From Candidatus Rhodoferax mariagerensis (GTDB lineage: Bacteria > Pseudomonadota > Gammaproteobacteria > Burkholderiales > Burkholderiaceae_C), in assembly GCA_016719055.1 (NCBI GenBank), contig JADKAW010000018.1, positions 2,015-66,014 of the forward strand: DNA of 64,000 bases, written 5' to 3'. How positions within the stretch are numbered: the stretch's first letter is position 1; each line of letters begins with the position of its first letter. The notes beneath the pieces were generated by a model. It was not told the DNA's origin. It saw only the letters and a list, made by a program, of their open reading frames with translations, and ran no database searches. Of the stretch, positions 9,714-18,835 are shown piece by piece. A program made the translations under genes and the position numbers.

Positions 9714-10238
9714 ATGCGTTTAAGTACCAAAGGTCGTTTTGCCGTGACCGCGATGATTGATGTTGCCCTGCGCGAAAGACTCGGGCCTGTGCCACTGTCT
9801 GAAATCGCTGCCAGGCAACAAATTTCATTGTCTTACCTTGAGCAAATGTTCAGCAAGCTGCGCAGCGTTGGCTTGGTCAGCAGCACCCGTGGCCCAGGCG
9901 GCGGCTACACCCTGGGTCATCGCACCGATGCCATCACGGTGGCCGACATCATCTGCGCGGTCGAAGATTCACCTGCCAAAATTGTCTCCAAAGAAGCCGG
10001 CCCGGCGCAAGACATGGCGCAGGACCTTTGGGACGCCATGAACGCCAAGGTGCTGGACTTCATGCAGTCGGTCACCCTGCGCAGCCTGGTGCTGGAGCAG
10101 CTGGCCAAAGGTGTCAAGATTGAGCAAAAACCAGCGCCCAACCGCGGTGTGTTCAAAAAACCAGCCACGCAAACGGTGCGCACCAGCGCGCCCAACTCGG
10201 TGTTCGCGCTGGGTCAGTCGCTACTGGTTCGAAGCTAA
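9714..10238 (+). CDS. Rrf2-family transcriptional regulator (lacks the IscR cluster-ligand cysteines)
   Basis: MRLSTKGRFAVTAMIDVALRE...LSEIAARQQISLSYLEQMFSKLRSVGLVSSTRGPGGGYTL is a typical Rrf2 wHTH. There is only one Cys in the region where IscR has three. AGGAG lies 9 nt upstream of the ATG. Confidence 0.85.
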   Translation: MRLSTKGRFAVTAMIDVALRERLGPVPLSEIAARQQISLSYLEQMFSKLRSVGLVSSTRGPGGGYTLGHRTDAITVADIICAVEDSPAKIVSKEAGPAQDMAQDLWDAMNAKVLDFMQSVTLRSLVLEQLAKGVKIEQKPAPNRGVFKKPATQTVRTSAPNSVFALGQSLLVRS

Positions 10239-10240
10239 TT

Positions 10241-10281
10241 GCCCTGTAGCCCAAGCTGTGCTTGGGTTCAGTGCTATAAAA
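10241..10281 (-). repeat. Short interspersed repeat, copy R2 (reverse orientation)
   Basis: GCCCTGTAGCCC...GCTATAAAAA, located between the Rrf2 stop and the rnpB 3' end. Confidence 0.45.
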
Positions 10282-10282
10282 A

Positions 10283-10638
10283 GTGTGAAGCCCACCGATA
10301 AGCCGGATTCTGTGCACAAAAGTTGCCCTTTGTGTGACTGCCATTAATCTGGGCCACTGATCACTCAGTGGCTCGGTGCTACCTACCCGCCAGCTCCGGG
10401 GGCCCCATCAACGCTGGCCTACTTGGTATTGCTGCGCGTAGAGATTGCCCGTTTCACCCGCAACAGGTTTCCCCGGTGCGGCTCGTCTCTGTTGCTCTGA
10501 TCCTCACCTTATACCCAGGCCTCGCGGCTCAGGCTTTCAGTGGACAGCCGTTAGCTGCTACGCTGCCCTGCGCAGTCCGGACGTTCCTCCAGTGCTCTGT
10601 TTCCAGAATTGCACCAGCGGCAGTCTGGCAGGCTTCAC
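10283..10638 (-). ncRNA. rnpB: RNase P RNA (bacterial type A)
   Basis: The minus strand reads GAAGCCTGCCAGACTGCCGC...GGAGGAACGTCCGGACTGC...GGGTGAAACGG...CCCAGATTAATGGCAGTCACAC...ACAGAATCCGGCTTATCGGTGGGCTTC. Compare E. coli M1 RNA GAGGAAAGTCCGGGC, AGGGTGAAAGGGTG and ACAGAACCCGGCTTATCGG. P1 pairs GAAGCC with GGCTTC. The ends are good to about +/-5 nt. Confidence 0.9.
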
Positions 10639-10761
10639 GCTACGGATTATCACGGCAATGCCAAAAGCCACTGAAAAGACGGGAATCCTGGCGCGGCGGG
10701 CGGGTTGCCGGTGCGCGCGATGGTTGAAAATCGGGGCTAAACAAATAATACGAGGAGTTTC

Positions 10762-11679
10762 ATGAGAGCCGACAACGTCCTGCAAACCATTGGCAACACG
10801 CCACACATCCGCATCAACCGGCTGTTTGGCGCCACCCACCACGTGTACGTGAAGTCAGAGCGCAGCAATCCGGGTGGCTCGATCAAAGACCGCACGGCGC
10901 TGGCGATGGTCGAGGCCGCCGAAAAAGCCGGCCTGCTGCTGCCCGGCGGCACCATCATTGAGCCGACCTCGGGCAACACCGGCGTGGGTCTGGCCCTGGT
11001 GGCGGCGGTCAAGGGTTACAAGCTGATTCTGGTGATGCCCGACAACATGAGCGTCGAGCGGCGAAAGCTTATGCTGGCCTATGGCGCTACCTTTGATTTG
11101 ACGCCCCGGGAAAAAGGCATGAAAGGTGCCATTGCCCGGGCATATGCTTTGTCGCTGTCGGTTCGTGGTTCGTGGGTGCCGCAACAGTTTGACAACCCGG
11201 CCAATATTGAGGTGCATGCGCGTACAACGGCCCAGGAAATCCTGGAAGATTTCCCTGAAGGTATTGACGTGTTGATCACTGGCGTGGGCACCGGCGGCCA
11301 TTTGAGTGGTGTGGCCCAGGTGCTCAAGGCCAAATGGCCAGGCCTGAAGGTTTATGCGGTGGAGCCCGCGGCGTCTGCGGTGTTGTCAGGCGGCACCCCT
11401 GCGCCACACCCGTTGCAGGGCATTGGTGCCGGGTTCATCCCTAATAACCTGAAAAAAGAACTGCTTGACGGTGTCATTCAGGTCGAAGGCGAGCCCGCAT
11501 TTGAATACGCCCGGCGCAGCGCGGCTGAAGAAGGCTTGCTGGTGGGCATTTCCAGCGGTGCCACTTTGGCCGCCATTGCCCAGAAATTGCCCGAGATTGC
11601 ACCCGGTGCCACCGTGCTGGGCTTTAACTACGACACTGGGGAGCGGTATTTTTCGGTGGAGAACTTTTTGCCGTCATGA
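10762..11679 (+). CDS. cysK: Cysteine synthase A (O-acetylserine sulfhydrylase)
   Basis: 305 aa with the PLP-lysine motif NPGGSIKDR and TSGNTG. The alignment is CysK-like over the full length. Confidence 0.9.
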   Translation: MRADNVLQTIGNTPHIRINRLFGATHHVYVKSERSNPGGSIKDRTALAMVEAAEKAGLLLPGGTIIEPTSGNTGVGLALVAAVKGYKLILVMPDNMSVERRKLMLAYGATFDLTPREKGMKGAIARAYALSLSVRGSWVPQQFDNPANIEVHARTTAQEILEDFPEGIDVLITGVGTGGHLSGVAQVLKAKWPGLKVYAVEPAASAVLSGGTPAPHPLQGIGAGFIPNNLKKELLDGVIQVEGEPAFEYARRSAAEEGLLVGISSGATLAAIAQKLPEIAPGATVLGFNYDTGERYFSVENFLPS

Positions 11680-11713
11680 ACGATGTCGCCTGCTTGATCA
11701 CCACGAGCCTGCC

Positions 11714-13507
11714 ATGATCCGACTGACTGAACTCAAGCTGCCGTTGTCCGCGCTGCCGGTGGTCCAACGGCGCGCCGCCGATGCGCCGGCCGAATCTGAT
11801 GCGGACCGGCTGCCCGACCCTCACCCGGTGGCGGCACTGACGCAACGCTGCGCCAGCGCGCTTGGGCTTCAGCCGTTGGATATCTTGCAACTGAAGGTGT
11901 TTAAGCGCAGTTTTGACGCGCGCAAGGCCGAGCTGCTGGCGGTGTACATCGTCGACGTAACCCTGACCGATGCTGCCCAAGAGGCCGCGGTACTGGCGCG
12001 GTTGCCCAACCACCCGCACATTTTTGCCACGCCCGATATGGTGTACCGGCCGGTGGCGCAGGTGCCTGCCAACTTGCCACTGCGCCCGGTGGTGGTGGGG
12101 TTTGGCCCCTGCGGCATCTTTGCTGCGCTGGTGCTGGCGCAGATGGGTTTTAAACCCATCGTGCTGGAGCGTGGCAAACCGGTGCGCCAGCGCACCCAGG
12201 ACACCTGGAGTCTGTGGCGCAAACATGTGCTCAACCCTGAGAGCAACGTGCAGTTTGGCGAAGGCGGTGCCGGCACGTTTTCAGACGGCAAGTTGTGGAG
12301 CCAGATCAAGGACCCGCGCCACCTGGGGCGCAAGGTGATGCAGGAGTTTGTCAACGCTGGTGCGCCGCCCGAGATTCTGGTGGAGGCGCACCCGCACATT
12401 GGCACCTTCAAACTGGTGCGGGTGGTGGAAAACCTGCGCGCGCAGATCATTGCGCTGGGTGGCGAGGTGCGTTTTGAGCAGCGGGTGGTTGATATGGAGG
12501 TGCAGACCGTTGCCGGGGCGCGGCAGGTGCGCGGCCTGACCGTGCTGAACCAGGTCACTGGCCACACCGAAGACCTGCGCGCTGATCAGGTCATTCTGGC
12601 GCTGGGCCACAGCGCGCGCGACACCTTTGCCATGCTGCACGAGCGCGGCGTGGCGTTGGAAGCCAAGCCGTTTTCAGTGGGTTTTCGGGTCGAGCATCCG
12701 CAAAGCCTGATTGACCGTGCGTTGTGGGGCCGCCATGCCCGCCACCCGCTGCTGGGTGCGGCGGCTTACAAACTGGTGCACCATGCGCAGAATGGCCGCG
12801 CCGTGTACAGCTTTTGCATGTGCCCGGGCGGCACCGTGGTGGCGGCCACCAGCGAGCCAGGCCGCGTGGTGACCAACGGCATGAGCCAGTATTCACGCAA
12901 CGAGCGCAACGCCAATGCTGGTCTGGTGGTTGGCATCGAGCCGGTGGACTATCCGCAGGATTCGACTGCATTTTTAGAGGCTTTTGGGCCTGTAGCCGGC
13001 TCTGTGTATGCTCAGGAAGCTATGCAATTAAGAGCAGTTCAGCATAACGCCGTGCATCCGCTGGCGGGCATCAACCTGCAGCGCCAGCTTGAAGCCCGGG
13101 CCTTTGTGCTGGGGGGCAGCAACTACGAGGCACCCGGGCAACTGGTGCAAGACTTTATTCAGGGCAAGGCATCGGGCAGTTTGGGCGCGGTGCAACCGTC
13201 GTACCAGCCGGGCGTCAAACTCGGCGACTTGCACGCCAGCCTGCCAGACTACGCCATTGCCGCGCTGCGTGAGGCGCTGCCGGCCTTTGGTAAAAAAATC
13301 AAGGGCTTCGATTTACCAGATGCGGTGCTGACCGGTGTGGAAACCCGCACCTCGTCACCGCTGCGCATGCCGCGGGGTGACAACTTTCAAAGCATCAACA
13401 CCGCAGGGCTGTACCCGGGCGGCGAGGGTGCTGGCTACGCCGGTGGCATATTGTCGGCCGGGGTGGATGGCATCAAGTTGGCGGAAGCGCTGGCGCGGGC
13501 CGCTTAA
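11714..13507 (+). CDS. FAD-dependent oxidoreductase (COG2509-type uncharacterised dehydrogenase)
   Basis: Starts MIRLTELKLPL. It has the dinucleotide-binding motif VVVGFGPCGIFAAL and ends GEGAGYAGGILSAGVDG. The upstream part of ORF 11465.. overlaps cysK and is not coding. Confidence 0.75.
   Translation: MIRLTELKLPLSALPVVQRRAADAPAESDADRLPDPHPVAALTQRCASALGLQPLDILQLKVFKRSFDARKAELLAVYIVDVTLTDAAQEAAVLARLPNHPHIFATPDMVYRPVAQVPANLPLRPVVVGFGPCGIFAALVLAQMGFKPIVLERGKPVRQRTQDTWSLWRKHVLNPESNVQFGEGGAGTFSDGKLWSQIKDPRHLGRKVMQEFVNAGAPPEILVEAHPHIGTFKLVRVVENLRAQIIALGGEVRFEQRVVDMEVQTVAGARQVRGLTVLNQVTGHTEDLRADQVILALGHSARDTFAMLHERGVALEAKPFSVGFRVEHPQSLIDRALWGRHARHPLLGAAAYKLVHHAQNGRAVYSFCMCPGGTVVAATSEPGRVVTNGMSQYSRNERNANAGLVVGIEPVDYPQDSTAFLEAFGPVAGSVYAQEAMQLRAVQHNAVHPLAGINLQRQLEARAFVLGGSNYEAPGQLVQDFIQGKASGSLGAVQPSYQPGVKLGDLHASLPDYAIAALREALPAFGKKIKGFDLPDAVLTGVETRTSSPLRMPRGDNFQSINTAGLYPGGEGAGYAGGILSAGVDGIKLAEALARAA
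12982..13023 (-). repeat. Short interspersed repeat, copy R3 (reverse orientation), in-frame inside the FAD protein gene
   Basis: TTTTGGGCCTGTAGCC...GGAAGCTAT. The local GC is lower. It encodes ...AFGPVAGSVYAQEAMQ.... Confidence 0.5.
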
Positions 13508-14103
13508 ATCGGCCAGACCACGCCGTGGTCGTTGAGGATGGCGTCCAGCGGCACGTCGTGGGGTTCGGGCTCAAAGTCAGGCAAAAAATCGGTGCCAAAA
13601 CCCAGGCCGACGGTAAACGGCCTCGGTGACAAACCCGCCAGCATGCGGTCATAAAAGCCGCCCCCATAACCCAGCCGGTAGCCGCCGGCGGCATAACCCA
13701 CGCAGGCCACAAACAGCAGCGTGGGAACGATTACTTCGGTGTCTTTGGGTTTGGGAATCCCGTAAGCATCGTCTTCCATGGGGCAGCCCGGGTGCCAGGC
13801 ATGAAAGGTCATGGTTTTGTGAACTTTGTCCACCACGGGTAGTCCAATCTTGCGCAGCTGTGGGCGTTCGACCAGTTCGCCGTCTTCTTTCCAGCGGTGC
13901 AGGGCAGGCAGCGGGTCAAATTCGCCCTTGATCGGCCAGTAGGCACCGATCACGGTGTCGGGCCGGCCCACCAGCCAGATCCGCATCACGCGCTGTAGCA
14001 GGTCGACCCGCTGCAGCCGGTCTGGCAGGGCCAGACGCTGCGCGATCAGCGATTTGCGCAAGGCTTTTTTTTCCAGTGCTTTTTTTTCGTCAGAGTTATT
14101 CAT
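13504..14103 (-). CDS. 5-formyltetrahydrofolate cyclo-ligase
   Basis: 199 aa, MNNSDEKKALEKKALRKSLIAQR...GYGGGFYDR motif. Only the 3' 600 nt of ORF 13504..15207 is credible; the rest is antisense to slt. Confidence 0.85.
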   Translation of the reverse strand: MNNSDEKKALEKKALRKSLIAQRLALPDRLQRVDLLQRVMRIWLVGRPDTVIGAYWPIKGEFDPLPALHRWKEDGELVERPQLRKIGLPVVDKVHKTMTFHAWHPGCPMEDDAYGIPKPKDTEVIVPTLLFVACVGYAAGGYRLGYGGGFYDRMLAGLSPRPFTVGLGFGTDFLPDFEPEPHDVPLDAILNDHGVVWPI

Positions 14104-14112
14104 AATCCCCAC

Positions 14113-16093
14113 ATGCAGTTCAGAACCATTTTGACATTGATTTCCATGATTGGCGCAGGCCTGCTGCTGTCGCCGGTGTGTGTGGCCGCCACCCAGGCTG
14201 ACGCGGTGCTGCTTGAAATGAACAGCGCCTTCCAGAAAGGGCAGGGCAAGCGCCTGACCGAACTGCTGCCGCGCGCCAAAGGGCATGTGCTGGAGCCGTG
14301 GGCCGCCTACTGGGAGCTGCGCGCCCGGCTGGAGAGCGCCAACGCCGAGGAAGTGGCGGGTTTTTTGACCCGTTACCAGGGCACTTACCAGGAAGACCGG
14401 CTGCGCAACGACTGGCTGCTGCTGCTGGGCCAGCGCAAGGACTGGACCCGGTTTGCCGTGACAGCGCCCGACTTTCGCATGAACGACGACCGCGAGGTGC
14501 GTTGCTACACCCTTGCCATGGAGCACGCGCTGGCCGGGGTGGATTTGTCCGAAGAGGTCAAAACTCAGTGGTACCGGCAAAAAGAGGGTGGCGCAGCCTG
14601 TGCCCTGGCTGCTGAAAAACACTTTGCTGCCAAGCGTTTGAGCGAGGCCGATGTCTGGCGCAAGGCGCGCCTGGCCCTGGAACAACGGCAAACCCGGGCA
14701 ACCCGCCAGGCGGTGGACATTGTGGCACCTGATGCCGGCGCCGCGTTGGCCGAGCTCATTGCCAGCCCGGACAAGTTTTTGGACCGACGTGCGCCCTCCA
14801 GCAACCGCCAAACCCAGGAGCTGGCGGTGCTGGCCCTGATCCGCCTGGCTGACAGCAGCACCGAAAAGGCAGCGGCCAGTCTGGAAAAAAATTGGAGCCA
14901 GCATCTCACCGCCGGCCAGCGAGCCTGGGCCTGGGGTGCCATTGGCAAACAGGCGGCGCAAAGTCTGTCGCCGGATGCGCTGGGTTATTTTGGCCATGCC
15001 AAACCAGCCGACATGAGCGACGAGCATCTGGCCTGGTGGGCCCGCGCTGCCTTGCGGCAAAACCAGTGGCATGAAGCCTTGGATGCCGTGCAGGCCATGA
15101 GTGCCGATGCCGCTGGCGAGGCAACCTGGGTCTATTGGCGCGCCCGTGCCTTGCTGCAGCCTGGCCGAACCCCGACGGAGCACCTGCAAGCCAAGCAATT
15201 GCTGCAAGGCATGGCCGGCGTGCGCGGGTTTTATGAAATGCTGGCCCAGGAAGAGCTGGGCTTGTCGATCACCCCGCCCGCCACGCCAGAGCCGCTAAGC
15301 GCCACCGAGAAAGACAGTGCCCACAACAACCCGGGTTTGCAGCGCGCCCTGGCGGCGTTTGCGCTGGGCCTGCGCCCAGAAGGTGTACGTGAATGGAACT
15401 ACACCACCAACCTGCACACCGATGGTGGCATGAACGACCGCGAGCTGCTGGCTGCAGCCGACCTGGCCTGCCAGCACGAGGTGTGGGACCGCTGCATCAA
15501 CACCAGCGACCGCACCCGGGGGGTGATTGACCTGACCCAGCGTTTTCCGATGCCGCACAAGAAAGAAGTGCTGGCGCGCAGCCGCGAGATCGGTCTTGAT
15601 CCGGCCTATGTGTATGGCCTGATTCGCCAGGAAAGCCGCTTTATCACCGATGCCCGCTCGGGTGTGGGGGCCAGTGGCTTGATGCAGGTGATGCCGGCCA
15701 CCGCCAAGTGGACTGCCAAAAAAATTGGCCTGGCTGATTTCAAACCGCACCAGATCAACGACCGCGACACCAACATCGCCATCGGTACCGGTTACCTGAA
15801 ACTGGTGCTGGACGACTTTGCCGGCTCCATGCCACTGGCCGCCGCCGCCTACAACGCGGGCCCGGGCCGGCCACGCAGCTGGCGCGGGCCAAGCGGTGCG
15901 CCACACATCGAGGCCGCCATCTGGGCTGAAAACATTCCTTTCAACGAAACTCGCGACTACGTCAAAAAAGGTGCTGGCCAACACCACCATGTACGCCGCC
16001 ATGATCACCGGGCAAACCCAGTCGCTGAAAAATCGCCTGGGTCTGATTGGCCCGCGTGACGGCAAAACCGCTGAAAACCGCAACCTTCCTTGA
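14113..16093 (+). CDS. slt: Soluble lytic murein transglycosylase (Slt70-like), C-terminal frame disturbed at an A6 run (15964-15969)
   Basis: It has a signal peptide, a superhelical U-domain, the catalytic GLIRQESRF...GLMQVMP and AYNAGPG. After ...NETRDYVKK the conserved tail VLANTTMYAAMITGQTQSLKNRLGLIGPRD continues in the +1 frame (ORF 15818..16093). Confidence 0.85.
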
Positions 16094-16118
16094 GCGCCAG
16101 CGTCGCGCTCAGGTTTTC
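16091..16118 (+). terminator. Possible terminator after slt
   Basis: TGAGCGC-cagcgtc-GCGCTCA followed by GGTTTTC. The T tract is short. Confidence 0.35.
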
Positions 16119-16147
16119 AAGCCTTACTTTTTTACGCTTGACTCACC

Positions 16148-16831
16148 ATGCTCAAACTCTACATCGGCAACAAGAACTATTCATCCTGGTCCATGCGTCC
16201 CTGGGTTTTGCTGACCCAGTCGGGCATCACGTTCGACGAGGTGATGGTGCGTTTTGACGCCTTCACGCCCGGCTCGCAATTCAAAGCCACCATTGGCAAG
16301 ATCAACCCGGTGGCCAAGGTGCCGGTGCTGGTGGACGGTGACGTGGTGGTGTGGGACACGCTGGCCATTGCCGAATACCTGGCCGAGCAGTTTCCCCTGA
16401 AGCAGCTGTGGCCCCAGGACTCAGGAGCGCGTGCCCGCGCCCGCAGCCTGTGCGCCGAAATGCACAGTGGCTTTGGTGCGCTGCGCAGCGCCTGCCCGAT
16501 GAACATCGAAGCCAGCCTGCCCGACACTGGTGCGCTGATCTGGCGCGACCAGCCGGGCGTGCGTGCCGACGTGGCGCGGCTGGTGGCGATGTGGCAGGAT
16601 GCGCTGGCGCACAGCGGTGGGCCGCTGCTGTTTGGTGACTTCAGCGTGGCCGATGCCTACTACGCGCCGGTCGTCACGCGGATCAACACCTACGCGTTGC
16701 CAGTGCCGGCCGACGTGCGGGCTTATATCGACCGGGTCTGTGCCTTGCCCGGGGTCAAGGCCTGGGTGGCGGGTGCGCTGGCAGAAAAAGACTTTTTGGC
16801 GTTTGAAGAGCCCTACCGCTTGCAGCGCTGA
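16148..16831 (+). CDS. Glutathione S-transferase family protein
   Basis: 227 aa, MLKLYIGNKNYSSWSMRPW...VPVLVDGDVVVWDTLAIAEYL, a GST N-terminal thioredoxin-like fold. Confidence 0.8.
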   Translation: MLKLYIGNKNYSSWSMRPWVLLTQSGITFDEVMVRFDAFTPGSQFKATIGKINPVAKVPVLVDGDVVVWDTLAIAEYLAEQFPLKQLWPQDSGARARARSLCAEMHSGFGALRSACPMNIEASLPDTGALIWRDQPGVRADVARLVAMWQDALAHSGGPLLFGDFSVADAYYAPVVTRINTYALPVPADVRAYIDRVCALPGVKAWVAGALAEKDFLAFEEPYRLQR

Positions 16832-16832
16832 C

Positions 16833-18119
16833 ATGCAGGTGTACCTGGTTGGCGGTGCCGTGCGCGATGCCCTGCTGGGTTTACCCATTCAAGACCGCGA
16901 CTGGGTGGTGGTGGGGTCCACTCCCCAAGCCCTGACCGACCTGGGCTTGGTGCCCGTGGGGCGCGATTTTCCGGTGTTTTTGCACCCCCAAACCCACGAG
17001 GAATTTGCACTGGCACGCACCGAGCGCAAAACTGCACCGGGGTACCACGGTTTTGTCATTCACGCCGCGCCTGAGGTGAGTTTGCTGGACGACCTGGCAC
17101 GGCGCGACATCACTATCAATTCAATAGCTGTTAGCGCAGACGTCGTAAGGGCTGGAGGCCAGTTAGATGTAAAGGTTCTGGAAAAACCAGACCGCTGGCA
17201 GGCGCTTGGCCTGTTGGTGGACCCGTTTGGTGGTGTGAATGATCTGGCAGCGCGGGTGTTTCGGCATGTGGGGCCGGCGTTTCGGGAGGACCCGGTGCGC
17301 ATTTTGCGCGTGGCCCGCCTGGCGGCTCGGTTTGGCGATTTCACTGTGCTGCCTGACACGCTGGCAATGATGCGCGATATGGTTGAGTCGGGCGAGGTGG
17401 ACCACCTGGTGCCCGAGCGTGTCTGGCAGGAGCTGGCGCGAGGCCTGATGGAGGCCACGCCCTCGCGCATGTTGACCGTGCTGCGCGATTGCGGCGCGCT
17501 GGCGCGGCTGTTGCCCGAAGTCGACCGTCTGTGGGGCGTGCCGCAGCGCGCCGACTACCACCCCGAGGTGGACACCGGCGTGCACCTGCTGATGGTGCTG
17601 GACATGAGTGCGCGTCTGCAGGCCAGCCTGCCGGTGCGTGTGGCCTGCCTGTTTCATGACCTGGGCAAAGGCACCACGCCTGCCGATGTGTTGCCGCGCC
17701 ACATTGGGCACGAGCTGCGCAGCGCCCGACTGCTCAAAGGCGTGTGTGACCGGCTGCGCGTGCCCAATGAATGCCGTGAACTGGCCGACGTGGTGGCGCG
17801 TGAGCATGGCAATATTCACCGCAGCGACGGGCTTGGCGCGGCGGCACTGGTGCGCCTGTTTGAGCGCTGCGACGCCATTCGCAAACCGCAGCGCATGCAA
17901 GCGGTGCTGCTGGCCTGTGAGTGTGATGTGCGGGGCCGGCTCGGGGCTACTGAGCAGGCTTACCCGCAGCGCACCCGGCTGCTTGAGTTGCTGACCGTGT
18001 TGCAAAAGGTGGATACAAAAACAATAGCTGATGACGCAATGAAAGCGGGGGCTAGAGGCCAAAAAGTAGGTGAATTGATATGCCAGGCCAGGGTGTTGGC
18101 GGTGCAGCAGTATCTCTAA
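16833..18119 (+). CDS. cca: CCA-adding tRNA nucleotidyltransferase with HD domain
   Basis: MQVYLVGGAVRDALLGLPIQDRDWVVVG, RRDITIN and the HD region LFHDLGKG. It aligns to E. coli Cca except for two segments that coincide with repeat copies R4 and R5. Confidence 0.9.
   Translation: MQVYLVGGAVRDALLGLPIQDRDWVVVGSTPQALTDLGLVPVGRDFPVFLHPQTHEEFALARTERKTAPGYHGFVIHAAPEVSLLDDLARRDITINSIAVSADVVRAGGQLDVKVLEKPDRWQALGLLVDPFGGVNDLAARVFRHVGPAFREDPVRILRVARLAARFGDFTVLPDTLAMMRDMVESGEVDHLVPERVWQELARGLMEATPSRMLTVLRDCGALARLLPEVDRLWGVPQRADYHPEVDTGVHLLMVLDMSARLQASLPVRVACLFHDLGKGTTPADVLPRHIGHELRSARLLKGVCDRLRVPNECRELADVVAREHGNIHRSDGLGAAALVRLFERCDAIRKPQRMQAVLLACECDVRGRLGATEQAYPQRTRLLELLTVLQKVDTKTIADDAMKAGARGQKVGELICQARVLAVQQYL
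17119..17165 (+). repeat. Short interspersed repeat, copy R4 (forward), in-frame inside cca
   Basis: AATAGCTGTTAGCGCAGACGTCGTAAGGGCTGGAGGCC encodes SIAVSADVVRAGGQ. It lies where E. coli Cca has only a short loop (DDNGEI). Confidence 0.55.
18017..18065 (+). repeat. Short interspersed repeat, copy R5 (forward), in-frame near the cca 3' end
   Basis: AAAAACAATAGCTGATGACGCAATGAAAGCGGGGGCTAGAGGCCAAAAA is near-identical at both ends to copy R8 (62389-62437). Confidence 0.6.
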
Positions 18120-18133
18120 GGTATGCTCAAGTC

Positions 18134-18835
18134 ATGTCAAGTTTGCTCATTATTGAAGACGACGAACTGCTGCGCGACGGGCTCAGTGCCCAGTTGGCGC
18201 AGGTGGGCCATGCCGTCACTGCCGCAGCCGATGGCGAAGCCGCGCAACTGCTGCTGGAGTCGCACCGTTTTGATGGGGTTGTGCTGGACCTGGGCTTACC
18301 AAAAATCAGTGGCATGGAACTGCTGAAGTGGTTGCGCAATCGCCTGCCAGCCTTGCCGGTGCTGATTTTGACCGCCCGCGATGGCATCGATGACCGGGTG
18401 CAGGGCCTCAATGCCGGCGCAGATGATTACCTGACCAAGCCATTCAACATGGCCGAACTGCAGGCGCGCCTGAGTGCCATGCTGCGCCGCGCCCGCTTGC
18501 CGGCGTTTGGTGGCACGCTGGAGGTGGCCAGCGCTGCCACCTGCCGGCTGCGTGTGGATGCCACCCTGCCACAAGCCTGGCTGGGTGATGAGGCGCTGGA
18601 ACTCACACAGCGTGAATGGGCCTTGTTGTCGCTGCTGGTAACCCATGCCGGGCGCGTGGTCAGCCGTGAGGACGTGCTGGAAACCTGGCAGTCCGAGCCC
18701 GGTGACGGGCCGGGCGTGGCCTCGAATGCGCTGGAGGTCTATATCCACCGCCTGCGCCGCAAACTGGTGGACTCGGGGCTCAACATTCGCAATGTGCGCG
18801 GCTTGGGCTATATGCTGGAGTCCACCACGGCATGA
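18134..18835 (+). CDS. OmpR/PhoB-family response regulator
   Basis: MSSLLIIEDDELLRDGL..., a receiver Asp in VVLDLGLP, and a winged-helix C-terminus (VRGLGYML). Confidence 0.9.
   Translation: MSSLLIIEDDELLRDGLSAQLAQVGHAVTAAADGEAAQLLLESHRFDGVVLDLGLPKISGMELLKWLRNRLPALPVLILTARDGIDDRVQGLNAGADDYLTKPFNMAELQARLSAMLRRARLPAFGGTLEVASAATCRLRVDATLPQAWLGDEALELTQREWALLSLLVTHAGRVVSREDVLETWQSEPGDGPGVASNALEVYIHRLRRKLVDSGLNIRNVRGLGYMLESTTA

Noticed and set aside
10368-10842. Three overlapping ORF-track ORFs
   Set aside because: They overlap the RNase P RNA gene. No coding signal is present.
14104-14112. 6S RNA (ssrS), which often precedes the 5-FCL gene
   Set aside because: Only 9 bp separate the gene from the divergent slt start, so there is no room and no 6S-like sequence.
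14104-15207. 5' extension of ORF 13504..15207 (567 aa)
   Set aside because: Only the last 199 codons match 5-formyltetrahydrofolate cyclo-ligase. The extension is antisense to slt.
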